A DNA stretch of 43,219 bases from Macrostomum lignano (lineage: Eukaryota). Position numbers and translations under genes: made by a program. Every line of letters starts with the position of its first letter. The stretch's first letter is position 1. Shown here piece after piece: positions 1 to 13,399 of this stretch. Below the pieces are notes generated by a model. The model did no database searches and was not told the DNA's origin. It saw only the letters and a list, made by a program, of their open reading frames with translations. The DNA lies in contig NIVC01004529.1 in assembly GCA_002269645.1 (NCBI GenBank), positions 1 through 43,219 of the forward strand, read 5' to 3'.

Positions 1-137
1 TCATTTATATGTTGAACATAAAAATGAAATTTTGTCAAGAGTTAATGCTTGTAATTGACCGGAAGTGGGCGGGCAGAGAACTATAACAGTTTAAACAAAT
101 CGACAAATACAAATAAGTGGCCAGGTTAGAAACTTAC

Positions 138-197
138 GCAAGAACTACTGCGTTCCAAAACCACGTGCGCTTGATTGTGCCGATAAGGGACAGTTTA
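138..197 (-). CDS. EI24: EI24-like gene, second coding exon; gene continues beyond the window start
   Basis: CAG acceptor at 200-198 and GTAAGT donor at 137-132, phase-compatible with exon 1. Reads (D)KLSLIGTIKRTWFWNAVVLA, matching the EI24 segment IVSRIFQCCAWNGGVF (conserved I and WN). Confidence 0.65.
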
Positions 198-409
198 CTG
201 GAATACAATTTACAGCGGGGTTGCTATTGAACCGACCGGAGCGTGTCACAGGTTATGCAGCACTAGGGTGCGCAGAAATGTAGAAAAAAATGCGCTAAAA
301 TGCTGAATTTGAAATGTTAAACGATTCTGGTCTTGCCTTCAAGGCAAACGAAAGCTTCCATAGACAACTGAAGGACAAACCGCTAAATGACTCGCGAAAC
401 AGGTCATTG

Positions 410-745
410 TATTTCTTGAGCAGTCATTATCCACACTCCCATGAACTCTTGAGCATCTGTCGTTACCTGCACTCTCGTGAACCCTTGAGCATTGGTCATT
501 ACCCGCACTCCCATGAACTCTTGAGCATTGGTCATTATCATTACTCGCACTCCATGAACTCGTGAACATTGGTCATTACCCGCACTCTCACGAACTCTTG
601 AGCATTGGTCATTACCCGCACTCCCATGAACTCTTGAGCATTGGTCATTACCCGCACTCCCATGAACTCTTGAGCATTGGTCATTACCCGCACTCCATGA
701 ACTCGTGAGCATTGGTCATTACCCGCACTCCCACGAACTCTTTGA
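410..745. repeat. 36-bp tandem minisatellite (~9 copies) in EI24 intron 1
   Basis: Unit GAGCATTGGTCATTACCCGCACTCCCATGAACTCTT repeated head-to-tail with no spacers. Confidence 0.92.
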
Positions 746-836
746 GTATTTGTCATTGCCTGCAACCATCTACTGATGATTGGCACAAGTATAAAAAATA
801 AAACACCCTACTAATTAACTAAACATATTAACTTAC

Positions 837-1036
837 TCCTTTGTCTCCTTGGCCTGTATGTAGGATCTCTGCGATCTAGGATCCATCTGGCTTGCTCTGT
901 AAGCCTCTATGCGGGCATTGAGCGAGCGAAGCTGCACCAAGCCAGTAAAACAGTCGCGCAGGCCAGCAGCAAATCCATACAAATAATGAAGAGATGACAA
1001 CTCTGCTGCTGTACTGGGACTACTGGAGCTTTGCAT
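837..1036 (-). CDS. EI24: EI24-like (etoposide-induced 2.4) autophagy membrane protein, first coding exon
   Basis: YLYGFAAGLRDCFTGLVQLRSLNARIEAYRASQ aligns ungapped, from memory, to the EI24 N-terminus [33 protein letters not shown] (11/33 identical). The exon ends at a GTAAGT donor (836-831), phase 2. Confidence 0.72.
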
Positions 1037-1496
1037 TGCAGTAAAATTTCCCTATGTACAGTTAAACTTTTCAGTCAGACTGTATAGGTGCTGGTCAGGC
1101 ACAATATTATTCCACAGTATAGATTGAAGCACTTTAGCATGTGCCTAGATTATTTATCTGAAACTGAATGTTTTCAGCTTAGTATAAATAAAGGCTGAAT
1201 ATGAATCAAAATATACTACATGTCGATTTTATTAATGCAAAAAAGTTAAAATAAGCCAAATACTTGTTTTAATGCCTTCATATAAACAAAATCTAATGTG
1301 TTACATTTAAATATAAATGATAATATTTTAACACTAGCTACTTAAAATAAATGGGACTTAGAAGACTTAAAAGATCATACAGCCCTTGAGTATTGAGTTT
1401 ATGGATACATAAGGATAAAGGAATAGATATGAATGAATATAAATATTTTCAAAGCTTTTGTCAAAACTGTTAAGACTCCATAGTCACAGAAAATTC

Positions 1497-1705
1497 TAGC
1501 ATAGAAAATGGTCTAGCACTGCATTATCTAGCACAGTGCAGCATAGAAAATGGTCTAGCACTGCATTATCTAGCACAGTGCAGAATAGAAAATGGTCTAG
1601 CACTGCATTATCTAGCACAGTGCAGCATAGAAAATGGTCTAGCACTGCATTATCTAGCACAGTGCAGCATAGAAAGTGGTCCAACTCTATACTACCCAGT
1701 GCAGA
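1497..1705. repeat. 42-bp tandem minisatellite (~5 copies)
   Basis: Unit AGCATAGAAAATGGTCTAGCACTGCATTATCTAGCACAGTGC. Confidence 0.92.
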
Positions 1706-2409
1706 TAGCACAGTGAAGCATATACAAATTTGTAAGAAATAAAGCATATCTTGCACAATACCAAGAAGAAAAATGAATTATGCAAATCTTTATAAAATGC
1801 ATTTTTCTGTAAAAAAATTGTTTTTAGATTTATGCTGTGGCTTTTGGCCTAGCCACAAGGGGAAGGCAGCTATCCCCCTTTCCTAGCCCCCTCTCCTTTC
1901 CCTTAAATCCACCCTTGTAAGTTAGGCCTAAACTACCTTTTTGATTATGATAAGATTTAAGTCCCTAGGTTTAGAGATTTTTATGCTATATAAACATTGT
2001 TTGAGCTAAAATTAAGGCATAGGGCTAGGCCTAGGTCATAGATACTAGAACAACAAGATGTCACTCATGAAAAAATTGTGAAAAATTTAGTGTCTACTTT
2101 TTTGTAATAGACACATTTGGGACATGCCCCAAATTTTTAGCGCATGCTAAAATAAAAAAATATTTTCTTTCCTCACTGCCTGGCCGTGGTTGGCATCTTT
2201 GTCTTGTGTGGAATGTGTGTATATACAAAGTATAGCATATGAGCATAAGAATCATAAACAAGATTTAGATCCCCTCTCAGTAGGAAGAGTGAAATCATTG
2301 ATCCGCAGAAGACAAACTAGTGTGTACATAGGTCCCCTAATAAGAGAGAAAGGCTGATGCCAGGCTTCCCTTCTTACCATATGTAATCTTTTTAATTTTC
2401 CAGGAATTG

Positions 2410-4110
2410 ATATCCATGCCATTTTTCTATCACCCTGTGAGCTTAAAGTCTGTATATATCATTATAGATGTACCATATTGCCTTAAAAACCTGCAAAATT
2501 CTCTCAAAAGAACCACATGGCTTTTGACAATAATAAGCTTGCAAAATGGCTACATGTAGAAGAATGTAACAAAGCAGATAGCAACCATTCTTTTTGATTG
2601 GCAAATCAATTGAGTGACACACATATTACCTTGCCACTTGGCTAGAAGATGCATGTCTCAATTGCAGCTCAAGTACTTAGCCATTTGATATCTACTAGTA
2701 TTCAAACACTTGTGCACCATTGGGAAATGGAGCTCAGCACATTGCATATAGCTGAGTTTTTACAGCGAGTGAATAGCATGTTCAATATGCTGAACTCCAT
2801 GCACATGTTTGACAAAGGCTTCATGAAACCAATCTCTAATGAGTCCCTTTCTGCCCAAATAAATGAGCTGTGCAAGGCTAAAGACTTTCTAGAGAGCTTG
2901 GGGGTTTTCCCCAGGAATGGCAAAGCAGAAAAGTCCTTGAAGATGAAATTACAAGAGGCCTAGTGCTTTTCAGCTGCAGCGATATGCAAGCTATCAACTG
3001 CACTGATCAATGATAAAGGCTTTGACTTCATCTGTACTCGCAGGCTGACTCAAGATAATGTAGAAGTGAGTGAGCATATAAATCAATATGAGTAATAATG
3101 GGTATTAATTACATTGGAATATAATCACTTGCATTGTATCACATATCAATGCATTCCAAAATCTCTTTAGCATCATCAGAGGCTGAAATGTTTTTAATGA
3201 GAAGCCCAAACTCATAGCATTTATTGGAGCATTGAGATCTATGCAGTGGCATAGCCAGGGGGGGGGGGGGGGCTGGGGGGCCATCCCATTCCATCCCCTT
3301 CCAATCACCTAGGTGAGGTGAGGGTAGGGTTGGGTGTAGCGGGTACCAAAAACCATGAAGCAATTGAGTGTCTGTAGCACTAAAATGAGTGCCTGCAGTA
3401 CTAAAGTGAGTGCCTGCAGTGCCAAAATGAGTTCCTATAGCACTAGAAGTGGCAATGACATAAGGCATAGCCAGCCAGGCCAACCCACCCCCCCCCCAAT
3501 TGAAATTCCTGGCTATGCCACTGGATCCATGGCAGCAAGCAGACTCAATTGCCCTGATTCTGCAGCGTGGAATTGTGAAGATGACAGATGCACCACTGCT
3601 GTTACAATTGGTCTTGAGTCTGCTTCTGTTGAGTCTGCTTCAGCAAATGTCAGCTGAGTATCTCAAACTGGCTCTTAAAAAACCAGGGTCCAATTGAAGG
3701 CATTGCAGCCTGCATATAATATAGATATGATTCTCACTGTAGCCACCAAGTATATAGGCAGCTTTGTGCTCAAGAGCAGCTATGTCCTTAACTATTGTGC
3801 ATGCAAAGAGCTGCTGACTGGCACTGGCCTTTACGTGTGCATTTGATTTTGAAGAACAAGCTACACTTACATACAATTAGTGGATTGATGCAACCATCAG
3901 TTGCAGCCTTTAAAACATTTTCCAAAGTGGAAGCTTTCTTTGTGGTGCAAGTTAAGACCTACATTTTATATCTAAAAGTAGCTGCGCTGATTGTTGAGAA
4001 GCTTTTTTCTAATGAAATCCACTTTCCAACATGCAGTTCACACTCCAATAAAGCACATTGCAGTATCTTCACAGCATTTGTTTGCTTATAGTTGTACCAC
4101 TGGTGTTGCA
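2410..4110 (+). pseudogene. Decayed P-element/THAP9-type transposase
   Basis: Fragments in the expected order: PFFYHPV..VYIIIDVPYCLKNLQNSL (D.PH..K..RN.L motif), MHVSIAAQVLSH, AEFLQRVNSMFNMLNS, GFDFICTRRLTQDNVE, NEKPKLIAFIGALRSM, NCEDD, GLMQPS, FPTCSSH. Broken by stops, frameshifts and a MITE insertion. Confidence 0.78.
3244..3523. mobile_element. hAT-type MITE inserted in the P transposase relic
   Basis: TIR CAGTGGCATAGCCAGG / CCTGGCTATGCCACTG; 8-bp TSD GATCTATG / GATCCATG (1 mismatch). Confidence 0.85.
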
Positions 4111-6965
4111 AAAAGATACAGAGACTGTGAATTGCTGCCATCAAGTGATGTCCAACTCAAAAAGCAAAAAATCAACTAATTTTTGTTTTAAGATTTCCAT
4201 TAAGTATTCAGGCAATTAAGCATTTTTTGCTTACTTGAAAATGTTGAGCCCTTTAATTTGTTACTTTGTATTGCAGAAGTAATTAAAAAAACTCTTACTT
4301 AATCTTTTTAGTTTTGAAATTTGTGTATATAGGCCTAAGGCCTAATATAGTATAGTATAGCCTGTATAGGTGCAGTCCTATTAGGCCTTACCAATTTTTT
4401 CTTTTAAGCCTCATTTTTATGCCTTAAAGTTAAAATGAGAAAATAACTTTGATTAAGTCATAGGCTATAACAAATCCATTGTTCCATTTGCTAATATGCA
4501 ATATGTTCCAATATTAAAAATGATCAGAAGTTAAAAATTAGGCCTATTGACCAGATTCACTACCACCACAAGCTAAATGTGTTGGAAACCCTGTACTCTG
4601 TACATCAAACAGTTAAAGCCTACCCTAAATGTACAACTGACAGGAAAGGTGGCTAGTACTATTCTTTGAACTTTTGACTATTCTCTATGGCTAGACCTAC
4701 CTACTTAAACCTGTTTCAAAACTCTTGGCCCATACTTTCATTTTATTACCTTCCAATTACAAAATACTGTCACCCGACAATGCTGCAAATTGCACATGTG
4801 AATAAAAATAAAATATTTTCGTCATAATATTCGTCATAATACTTTCGTCAACAATATCAATTGAAAAAAATGCACATGTTTGCAATCATCTTCTTCGTTC
4901 TTTTTTTTTGCGTTCCTTATTTAAGCGAAATAGCATTCCTAAAATTTACTTTGAGATAGCCAATCGCTACGACAACATCTTCATGATTCAGTTGTCAAAA
5001 ACTCTGATTCAATTAAGCCGATGACAAAGTGAGCGAAATAAGTGACTTTTGAAAGTTAAGTCCTGAATGATGAATATCCACTTTTAACCTTTAAAACTAG
5101 TCAGTAATTCTATCGATAGTCTGAATTCAATTCTTACTCACCATTGTCGTGCTTTATTCAAATGATTATTTTTCTTTATATTGAGTTTTATATTCAGCTG
5201 GACTGCCTTTGACTCATTTTTACTAAATTCAGTATATTTTCTGTTTTAATTCAGAAAATAAATTTCAAAGTTTCTGTTTTCTATGAAGTATGCTCTAGTG
5301 CCTGCCGATAAAAGAAAGTTTTTAGCCTTGTAAATCGTTCACACTATTTACCAACATGAATTTGAGTACAGTGCAGGTTTTACTTTTTTAGCTTGATTTA
5401 GTAATGCCACTAAAGACAAAGTAAATCAATATTGAACTCACAGCATATTGTGTTTTTGACAGAAGCCAAGGGGGCCATGAGCCAAAAAAGGGCCATACTT
5501 TTTGGCCTGTAACTATTCAAGGTATATTTTTAATGTTAGAATTTATTTGCTTGGTATAGCTTGCCCCCCCCCTCAAAAAGTTTCTAGATCCACCCCTGAT
5601 TTTTTATATGTTGCTTAGTTCTTATGTTTTATTATTGTACTTGCTCCACTGGTTTTTAACCAAGCTTATTATTCTTTCTATAGATACTACATTTATATTA
5701 TATTAATATATTATATACTCAGCAACATCGAAAAGTCGCCATCACAGAATATTCTGTCTGTAGTTGCCATTTTTGAGAGTTCAGGTAAGTCTCAATCTTT
5801 GCAAGTGATGCAACTTAGCTACGCCCCGGCAGACTTGAGTTGAGGAATGAAGTGGGGGAGCGGTGTGTGAGGGATGGACAGATTAAAGCTACCCCGATAA
5901 ACTTTTTTGTATGTTTTAATTCAGAATAGTCCAAGAGAAATTGCCTACTGGGGCAAAGAGTGGCAACTTTTCAATGTTGCTGAGTATATAGTTCTACTGT
6001 AGCTACAGATATGGCTATGGGAAGTTATGGATAGGATATATAGGTTTTTTGGCAAAGCATATGGATATAGATTATGGTTACAGGAACACATAATTCCTAT
6101 ATCTAGTTCCCATATCTAGTAATACTACTCAATCAAGAATTGAAAGACTATCAAAGTTATTAATTTGATAAAGTTAAGATAGGCCTAGTAGAAATAAATG
6201 AAGGTTGCTAGTTTCAAAGTGAGGGGAACTCATAAGTCCTGGAAGTTAGGCCTAGGACTCAAGCATCAATAGATTGTCAATGCCATGTTGTGGTTAGGTG
6301 GTAAGAGCTAAAGTCAAGATAATTTTTTTTATTTTCAAAGGGGAGCTCTTAAGTCCCTACTTCCTGCATGGATTTAGGGACTTAGCAATAGGGTTTTAAT
6401 ACTACATACATGTTGTGGTAATTAAATGGTAGGGGGCTAATGTTAAGATTAGAGCCTAGAATGTTTTCACTTTCAAGGGGAGCTCCTAAATTCCTAGGGT
6501 TGGGGACTAGGATAGGGTTGGGATGTTGGAGACTGAATTTAAGATAAATAGCCTAAAATAGGCCCTATTTTCATTTTCAATGTAAGAGAAGCTCTTAAGT
6601 CATTACAATTAAGGACTCAAGCAAAAAAGACAGAAATGTTTTTACACTATATGCACATTGAGGTTGGATTAAAATAGGGGAAGTTAAAGTTAGGCCCCCC
6701 TACGATATGTTTTCACTTTCAATACAAAGGGAGCTCTCAAGTCCCTAGGGTTAGGGACTCAAACAACATTTTGACACTATATGCACATTATGGTTAGAAT
6801 GGTAGGGGTTTAAGTTAAGATAAATGAAGACAATGGGGAAGCCACTTAGCATCTGCCACTATCAAAGAAGGTAGATTGCAAAGGAGGCTTCTTGGAAGCC
6901 AACTGATAAGTAGGCTATCGCCATTGTAAATTTTGGTAAGAATTAGAGATTTTGTTACTTTAGTT

Positions 6966-7446
6966 CAGGGGTCGGCAAACTTTTTACCTCAAGGGCCAGA
7001 TAAATAATCTAAACCATTGATGCGGGCCAGATGAGAGTAGAAAGGAGTGGGAATGGGGGAGCAAGAAGAATAAAGAGGAGATAACAGATGACAGAATAGA
7101 GGAAAGGTGAAAGTCGATGGGAGGAGAGGAGGGAGAGAGGAGAGCAGTTCACTAAGAGGAGAGAGAGGAGAGTAGAAAGAAGAGGAGAGAGAATAGAGGA
7201 GAGAAGAGGAGAGAGGAGAGAAGAGGAGATGAGAAGAGAGAAGAGAGAAAAGGAGATGAGAAGAGAGAGAAGAGAAAATGAGATGAAAGGAGAGAGGAAA
7301 GAAGAGAAAAAAGAAAAAAGAGATAAGAAAACTGAGAAGCGAAATAAACCTTGGATCGCTATCATGAAGTTTCAAAAGACCTGAGGGCCGGATAGAGAGG
7401 CTTTGCGGGCCGCATGTGGCCCATGGGCCGAGTATGCCAAACTCTG
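6966..7446. mobile_element. hAT (Buster/Charlie-like) MITE with purine-rich interior
   Basis: Ends CAGGGGTCGGCAAAC ... GTATGCCAAACTCTG; perfect 8-bp TSD CTTTAGTT (nnnTAnnn target). Confidence 0.85.
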
Positions 7447-8429
7447 CTTTAGTTACTTAAACAATATAAAAAAGATAAAGGGGAGAGAAAGGAGAGAGAA
7501 AAGAGGGAGAAAATAATAAGAAGGGAACAGAAAAGAGAGGAGAGGGAGAGAAAAGAGATAAGATGGCAGAGAAAAGAGAAGAAAATAGACAAGATGGAAA
7601 AAGGGATAAAATAGAAGACATTTGCCCTTGGCCTCACCTATGTGGTCCCTGCAGACAAACAGTTTTAGAAAAAGGCTTTTTGTCTACCTAGCAAACAAAC
7701 TGTCAATGGACAAATGAACTAGAAACCAAATAGTTGTAGTACAATAGTATGTTCTATTGACATCACCAATACCAAATTGTAATGGTACTTGTTGTTCTAC
7801 CTTCTAAATGATCTCAACTCATAGCTATTACCAATATTGTTATAGTGTTCAATTCTACTTTTTTAGCAATGTATTAGCATAACTAGTATAGTTTTAGTAG
7901 TATCTTAATATAATTCTATAGTGTCTTAGTATATTTCTATAGGCCTAAGCAGTATATTCCTAGCATAAAATGGTTAGCATGGTTGTGACACTCAAGGACA
8001 CTTGCACTTTCACAGCCTTCCAGAAATGACACTAAATGACACTTATCTCTACTGTCGCTGGCATGACACTGACATGCGACACTGCCATATAACATTGGCC
8101 TAGACTGTTGCTGGCATGCTAAAATGTGACACTGCCTCACAACACTCATCCAACACTCATCTGACAGTCATTTGGCTCCTCCCTCACCTGTAACTTAGAT
8201 GTATATATTTCTGGCATTAAGTATACCGACTGTTGTTTACTTGAAAATAAACTGAAATTCGCTGCCAATCATGCAAAACAGTTAGTATCAGACTGTCAGT
8301 GGTTGACTTTCTTCATCTCAAAGGCCCTGCACAAAGCCCTGCACAAAGCCTCAATTTTCAAGGGCCCATACTCCACTAAGGGAGAATTGGAAGTTGCCTT
8401 CAAGTGCTGAAGGCTACAGCCGCTGGTAT

Positions 8430-9370
8430 CAAACATCAACTTGGCTAGTGGGTGCACTTGTTGCCCTGCTCTGCAGCAAGACCTTTTGAGTTTGTGCACC
8501 AAAATGGAAAAAAACATGTGGCTACGTGACAAAGAGCATTGCACTAAACATAGTCTGACTGCAAGCAGAGATCTTGTGGTTGCAAGAACAAGTTGAGAAG
8601 TTGCATTTGTCAGCAGCTGCCAACAGACAAAGCGCAGAACAGATACTATACAAATATAAATAGAGCGTCGAGATGCTTGAGACTGAGTGCTCCATCCTAG
8701 ATGAGGCATTCACTGATGCCTCACTGGCTATGATTTGAGATATAAATGTTGTTAAGGATAGCAAAAAGTCATAGCTACAATCTCCATCACTCAGTCACAG
8801 TCCGGAGATGACCGCCAGACTGCATGAGGCTACAAAAGCACTGGAGAGTATAGCAGTCTGCAGCATCATCCCAAACAGCAATAGTGCTGGAAATGATATG
8901 TCATTGCTACAGAGCAGTGGTCTGTTTGAAGTTGGCAAGGATGCTTCAACCAAGGCTCAGGCCAGTTATGCTAACCTGAATGCAGATATCAAAATTCCAG
9001 CCAGTAGCCTTGCCTTGCCATGGCAAAATGAGCTTTTTGTGAGCACTTAAAGGTTGCATCTGCCAGTTCTAACAAAGGTGACTCCCAGAAAACAATCAAG
9101 CAGGGAAAGAAAGGCTCACAGAAGTCTGATACCACAGCATTGGACAGAGGTCTGTTAGTTCTCCTTTGGGCATGTTTCACACCCAAGGAAATGGCCAAAA
9201 CATCTTACAAAGGAAGAGCCATCAAAGATAGTGCCAACAGACTGGCTGCCAACAAACATAAAAGAACAGCCATTTAATCTTATCTAGATTCAATGGGGCT
9301 GAAAAGCGTCAGTCTGCACATAATCCTGCATCTATAGAGTCACACGTCAGAAGCTGTGAGAAAGAAGATG
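8430..9370 (+). pseudogene. Degenerate coiled-coil plus BEN-domain-like ORF inside the EnSpm-like element
   Basis: Interrupted frames LQAEILWLQEQVEKLHLS...(coiled-coil-like) and LLVLLWACFTPKEMAKTSYKGRAIKDSANRLAANKHKRTAI*SYL (resembles the BEN pattern LL..LFT.EELA..S..G......L....I..Y). Confidence 0.4.
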
Positions 9371-9805
9371 AACATTGGCAATGACAAGGCATGTGACAGC
9401 AGCAATAAGGCAGGTGACAGCGGCAATAGGCAGATGATGGTGGCAATAAGGCAGGTGATGGCAGCGATAAGGCCGGTGACATCAACAACAAGGCGAGTGA
9501 TGGTGGCGACAAGAAAGATGACAACAGTGACGAGGAAGATGATGCCAGCAACAAGGCTGATATGGTAGGTGAAGCCAGTGGCAAGACTGGCATGGGAACT
9601 TACTGAAGTTTTCTTAAAATGCACTGACAGTGTATCGAGTGACCTGAATATCTTTTTGTGACCCAACATCTTTTTGTGCAATTACTTAGTGAATAAAAAA
9701 GAAATACACAATTTGCTTAATAGACAGACTAAGCAAACTTACTTCTTTGGATACAAAAATTCATTCCCTACTTCTTGATTAGCTTTGCTACACCAGTTTC
9801 AGGCA

Positions 9806-10110
9806 GTGTCAGATGACTGTCAGATGAGTGTCAGATGACTGTTGGATGAGTGTCAGATGAGTGTCAGGCAGTGTCGGATGAGTGTCAGACGTGTCAGACA
9901 AGTGTCAGATGAATGTCAGACAAGTGTTGGGCAGTGTCGGATGAGTGTCAGATGAGTGTTGGATGAGTGTCAGACAAGTGTTGGGCAGTGTCAGATGAGT
10001 GTCAGACAAGTATTGAGCAGTGTCAAATGAGTGTCAGACAAGTATCAGATGAGTATCAGACAAGTATTGGATGAGTGTCAGATGAGTGTCAGACAAGTGT
10101 CAGATGACTA
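9806..10110. repeat. 10-bp degenerate tandem repeat (AGTGTCAGAT/AGTGTCAGAC)
   Basis: About 30 imperfect copies visible; inverted counterpart at ~8135-8175. Confidence 0.85.
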
Positions 10111-11577
10111 GTGTCGTTAGGCAGTGTTGTTTTAGCCAAACTCAACAGTGATAACCACTGTCATATTTTAAGTGTCAGTCACCGTCAGTTCAGTGTCACT
10201 TTTTTACTTTTTCACATGGAGTGTCATTTTGCAGTGTTGGTGCAGACCCCTTTGCACTGTCACAACATTGTCATTTTGGCCCAATGTCAACAAGTGTCCT
10301 ATAGTGTGAAAAACGCCATACCATTTTCTGCTGGGATTATTAGTATAGGCCTAGTATATATTATCTCTAGTCCTAGATATTACCAAGATTAGAGAATCAT
10401 AGCACTAAAGCCTTAGTCTTTAGGTATAAATATTAATTATATTTTGCAAATTGAAACAACATTTTTTCTCACAAATTTACAAGTAAAACATTTCTAAGAA
10501 ACTAGAAACTTCCATAGTAGTATATAACAATCTTTGACTCAAATCTTAAGAAAGCTTTACTCTAATAAGTTATTTGTTTGGTTCTAAATGGAAAGATATT
10601 AAAAATCCAAAAGTTGATATAAATTATAATATGTTATATATAGATATTTATAGCAAACAATAAATCTTAAAGAATATAATATTTTTGTTATCTAATAGTG
10701 ATTGACTTGAGATTAATTTTTTATAGGATTGTACACTAGATTCAAGTTAGCTAATAGTGCCATATATTGATAGTTACAAACAATGCTATATAACTGTAGT
10801 ACTCTACTAATTCAACTTTGCTTATTTAATTTTTAATTTCCAGGCCTAGGCCATATTCTGCAACATGTCAATGACTTTATTTGCCATGAGGTTCTGCCGA
10901 AAACGATCAGGCATTCACTTAGAAGAGCATCAACAACTACAGTGGCAGACAATTCATATTCCATTAAAGAGACCAACAATTGTTGTTGAGTATAGTGCTA
11001 CTGCTGCTCAACTGAATAACATCAATTGTGATGCAAGTATGGCTAGGCCTAGTGTTGTACAGGCAGATATACCAGTCACTGTTGATGACTGGGATGAAGG
11101 ATATGTAGAGGATCCAGTCATGGAAAGTAATTGTAATTCCATACCAGATCAGGAAGCTATCCAATGTTGTCAAAATACTGACAATATTGATTTGGGTTTC
11201 GACGAGATCATTAACCATTAATTGACTAATGATTGATAGTTTAACTTTAATGCTACTTTCAGTTTCAGGTATTCATTCTGTGAAAAAATAATGTTGATTT
11301 AATTATTGTTACATTTTTCTCTGTAGCGCCCCTCTGACTATAGACCAAGAGGCATTCTTGTTCAGTTTGCATTTTTTTCTAGTTCTGACAACAATGTGTT
11401 GGCTTCTTTATTTATTGTTAGCTGGACGCAGTTTCGCGTTTTATATATTCTTTGTTGTGATTTTATGAACGCTCGAAAATTCTCGAGTGTGTCCTGTGTG
11501 AAGCATTTTTAATAGAAAACTCATCTTTGCCAAAAATCGGTTTGTAATATCTGCTTTGCAATTGGATAGGCCTAGCC

Positions 11578-12011
11578 CAGGGGTCGGCAAACTTCGGCCC
11601 GCAAAGCCTCTGTATCCGGCCCTCGGGTCCTTTTAAATTTCACAATAGCAATTCGGCCCGCTCAAGGTTTGTCTCTCTTCTCAGCTCTTCTCTCTAATCT
11701 CCTCATCTTTTCTCTCCTCTCCTCTCATCTCCTCTCCTTTCCTCTCCTCTCCCCTCCTTTCCTCTCCTCTCCTTTCCTCTCCTCTCCTCTCCTCTCCTCT
11801 CCTCTCCCCTCCTTTCCTCTCCTCTCCTCTCCTCTCCTCTCTCTTCCCTCCTCTCCCCTTCTTTCCTCTCCTCTTCTTTCCTCTCCTCTCCTCTCCTCTC
11901 CTCTCCATTCTCCTATCTCTCTTCCCTCTCCTCTCTCCCCTCCTCTGGCCCGCAATCATGCGCTATGTTCTCTATCCTAGCCCTTGAAGTAAAAAAGTTT
12001 GCTGAGCCTTG
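11578..12011. mobile_element. hAT (Buster/Charlie-like) MITE, same family as 6966-7446, opposite orientation
   Basis: Ends CAGGGGTCGGCAAAC ... GTTTGCTGAGCCTTG; perfect 8-bp TSD GCCTAGCC; interior (CTCTC)n. Confidence 0.85.
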
Positions 12012-13399
12012 GCCTAGCCTTTGTCTGCCCTGGTTTGCAATAAATCAGTTGTTAATTTTCAGTTTATTTTTGTTTCTAATGCTTATGAGCAATTTGTTTT
12101 CGATCCAGTTTTGGATTAGTTGATATTGATATTGATAATATACCTCTATCGAAACATGATCAAACGTTAGCCTTTTGCTAAACTGCTTGTTTCCGTTTTG
12201 AGTTAGTTTACCAGCAATCTTAGCCACTTAGCAGGCCAACAAAATGCCAATCATTAAAAGCCGAATTATAATATATTCTAGCACAGTTACCAAATAATCA
12301 GACAAACTTACAATAGTCGCAGTTTTTTAGTTTGTAGTTTTCGGACAGTTGCCAACTAGCCAGCTAGCAACTATATATTTCCAATGAAAACAAAACTCTG
12401 TACGGTCCGAATCCATCCATATTTTTCTATCATTTTTTTTCTGCCCGAGCCAGTGGGGATGAACTTTATGGTCATTACTGAACACCATTAATCAGCATGG
12501 GAGTCATCGCGAAAGTCTCGCATAAGTTGACCTGAACTTGAATCAACGGAAAAATCCATTCTTCGCTTTTAATAAATGTATTAGCTTATAATAAATAATA
12601 AATTTATTGTCCTTCGCTTTTCTTTTAATTGCTAATGCTTGATAGCAGCAGAAGCCATAGTCTATGGTCATAACACCAGCATGACAATTGATCAAACAGG
12701 TAAACAGTCATGTGCGATCTAATGGAAAAGTTCATATGGTCTACATTCTGCCTGGTAGACGACTAGCATCGCTAAGTTGATTGGAAAGTAAGCAGAACTG
12801 CCAGCAAAATACTGTCTATGGTCAAAAGGGAAGTGACCGACTGCGCGAAAATGGCTTCACTTACTTTAACTTTTGGCGATGGACAAGTATTTTGTTCGCA
12901 CATCTGCGTACTTCATGGTTACGCCGGTCATTGCCTCGCGTAGCCTGTAAGATGTGCTGCAGCCAAATTCAACAGTCGCCGAAAATCTGCACGAGTTCCC
13001 TCTTTCGCCTTGTCAATCGCTTTTGGAGCGATTCTGACTGAATAAAAATAAGATCGGCTTCACTTTCTCAGCACTTGTTGGAATTCTATAATAGCGCGCG
13101 ATGTTCTTTGGGTATAGCGTACGTTCGTCTACTTCAGTTTTCTATGAGTGCATGAAGTACTCGTACTTAAAAGTAGACAGAGCATGATTCGAACCCGGCA
13201 ATATATTTTCTACTATTCGTTTACACAATAATCTTTAAGTAAACTTATACTACAGTAACTAATTCAGGTTTTCCCAACCGGTTCCATAAGTTGCGAGATA
13301 TAGTTACTACTCGACATAGCGGTACTAATAACAGTAAAAATAAGGAAACTGAATTCTCTACTGAAACCGAGCATTAATTACAGACCATTTTCTCCAAAG

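Larger units (their letters stand above)
7959..10335. mobile_element. Old CMC/EnSpm-like DNA transposon with subterminal repeats
   Basis: Diverged TIRs CCTAGCATAAAATGG / CCATTTTCTGCTGGG with longer inverted similarity (7959-8175 vs ~9810-10335); 3-bp TSD ATT/ATT; TGACAC/GTGTCA-rich subterminal repeats at both ends. Confidence 0.6.

Noticed and set aside
410-1705. 36-bp and 42-bp repeats (also the 41-bp at 25490 and 30-bp at 27222) as CRISPR arrays
   Set aside because: Units are head-to-tail with no unique spacers, there are no cas genes, and the context is eukaryotic and intronic.
12655-12830. CCATAGTCTATGG / CTGTCTATGG motifs as ends of a small DNA transposon
   Set aside because: I could not pair two convincing termini with a TSD.
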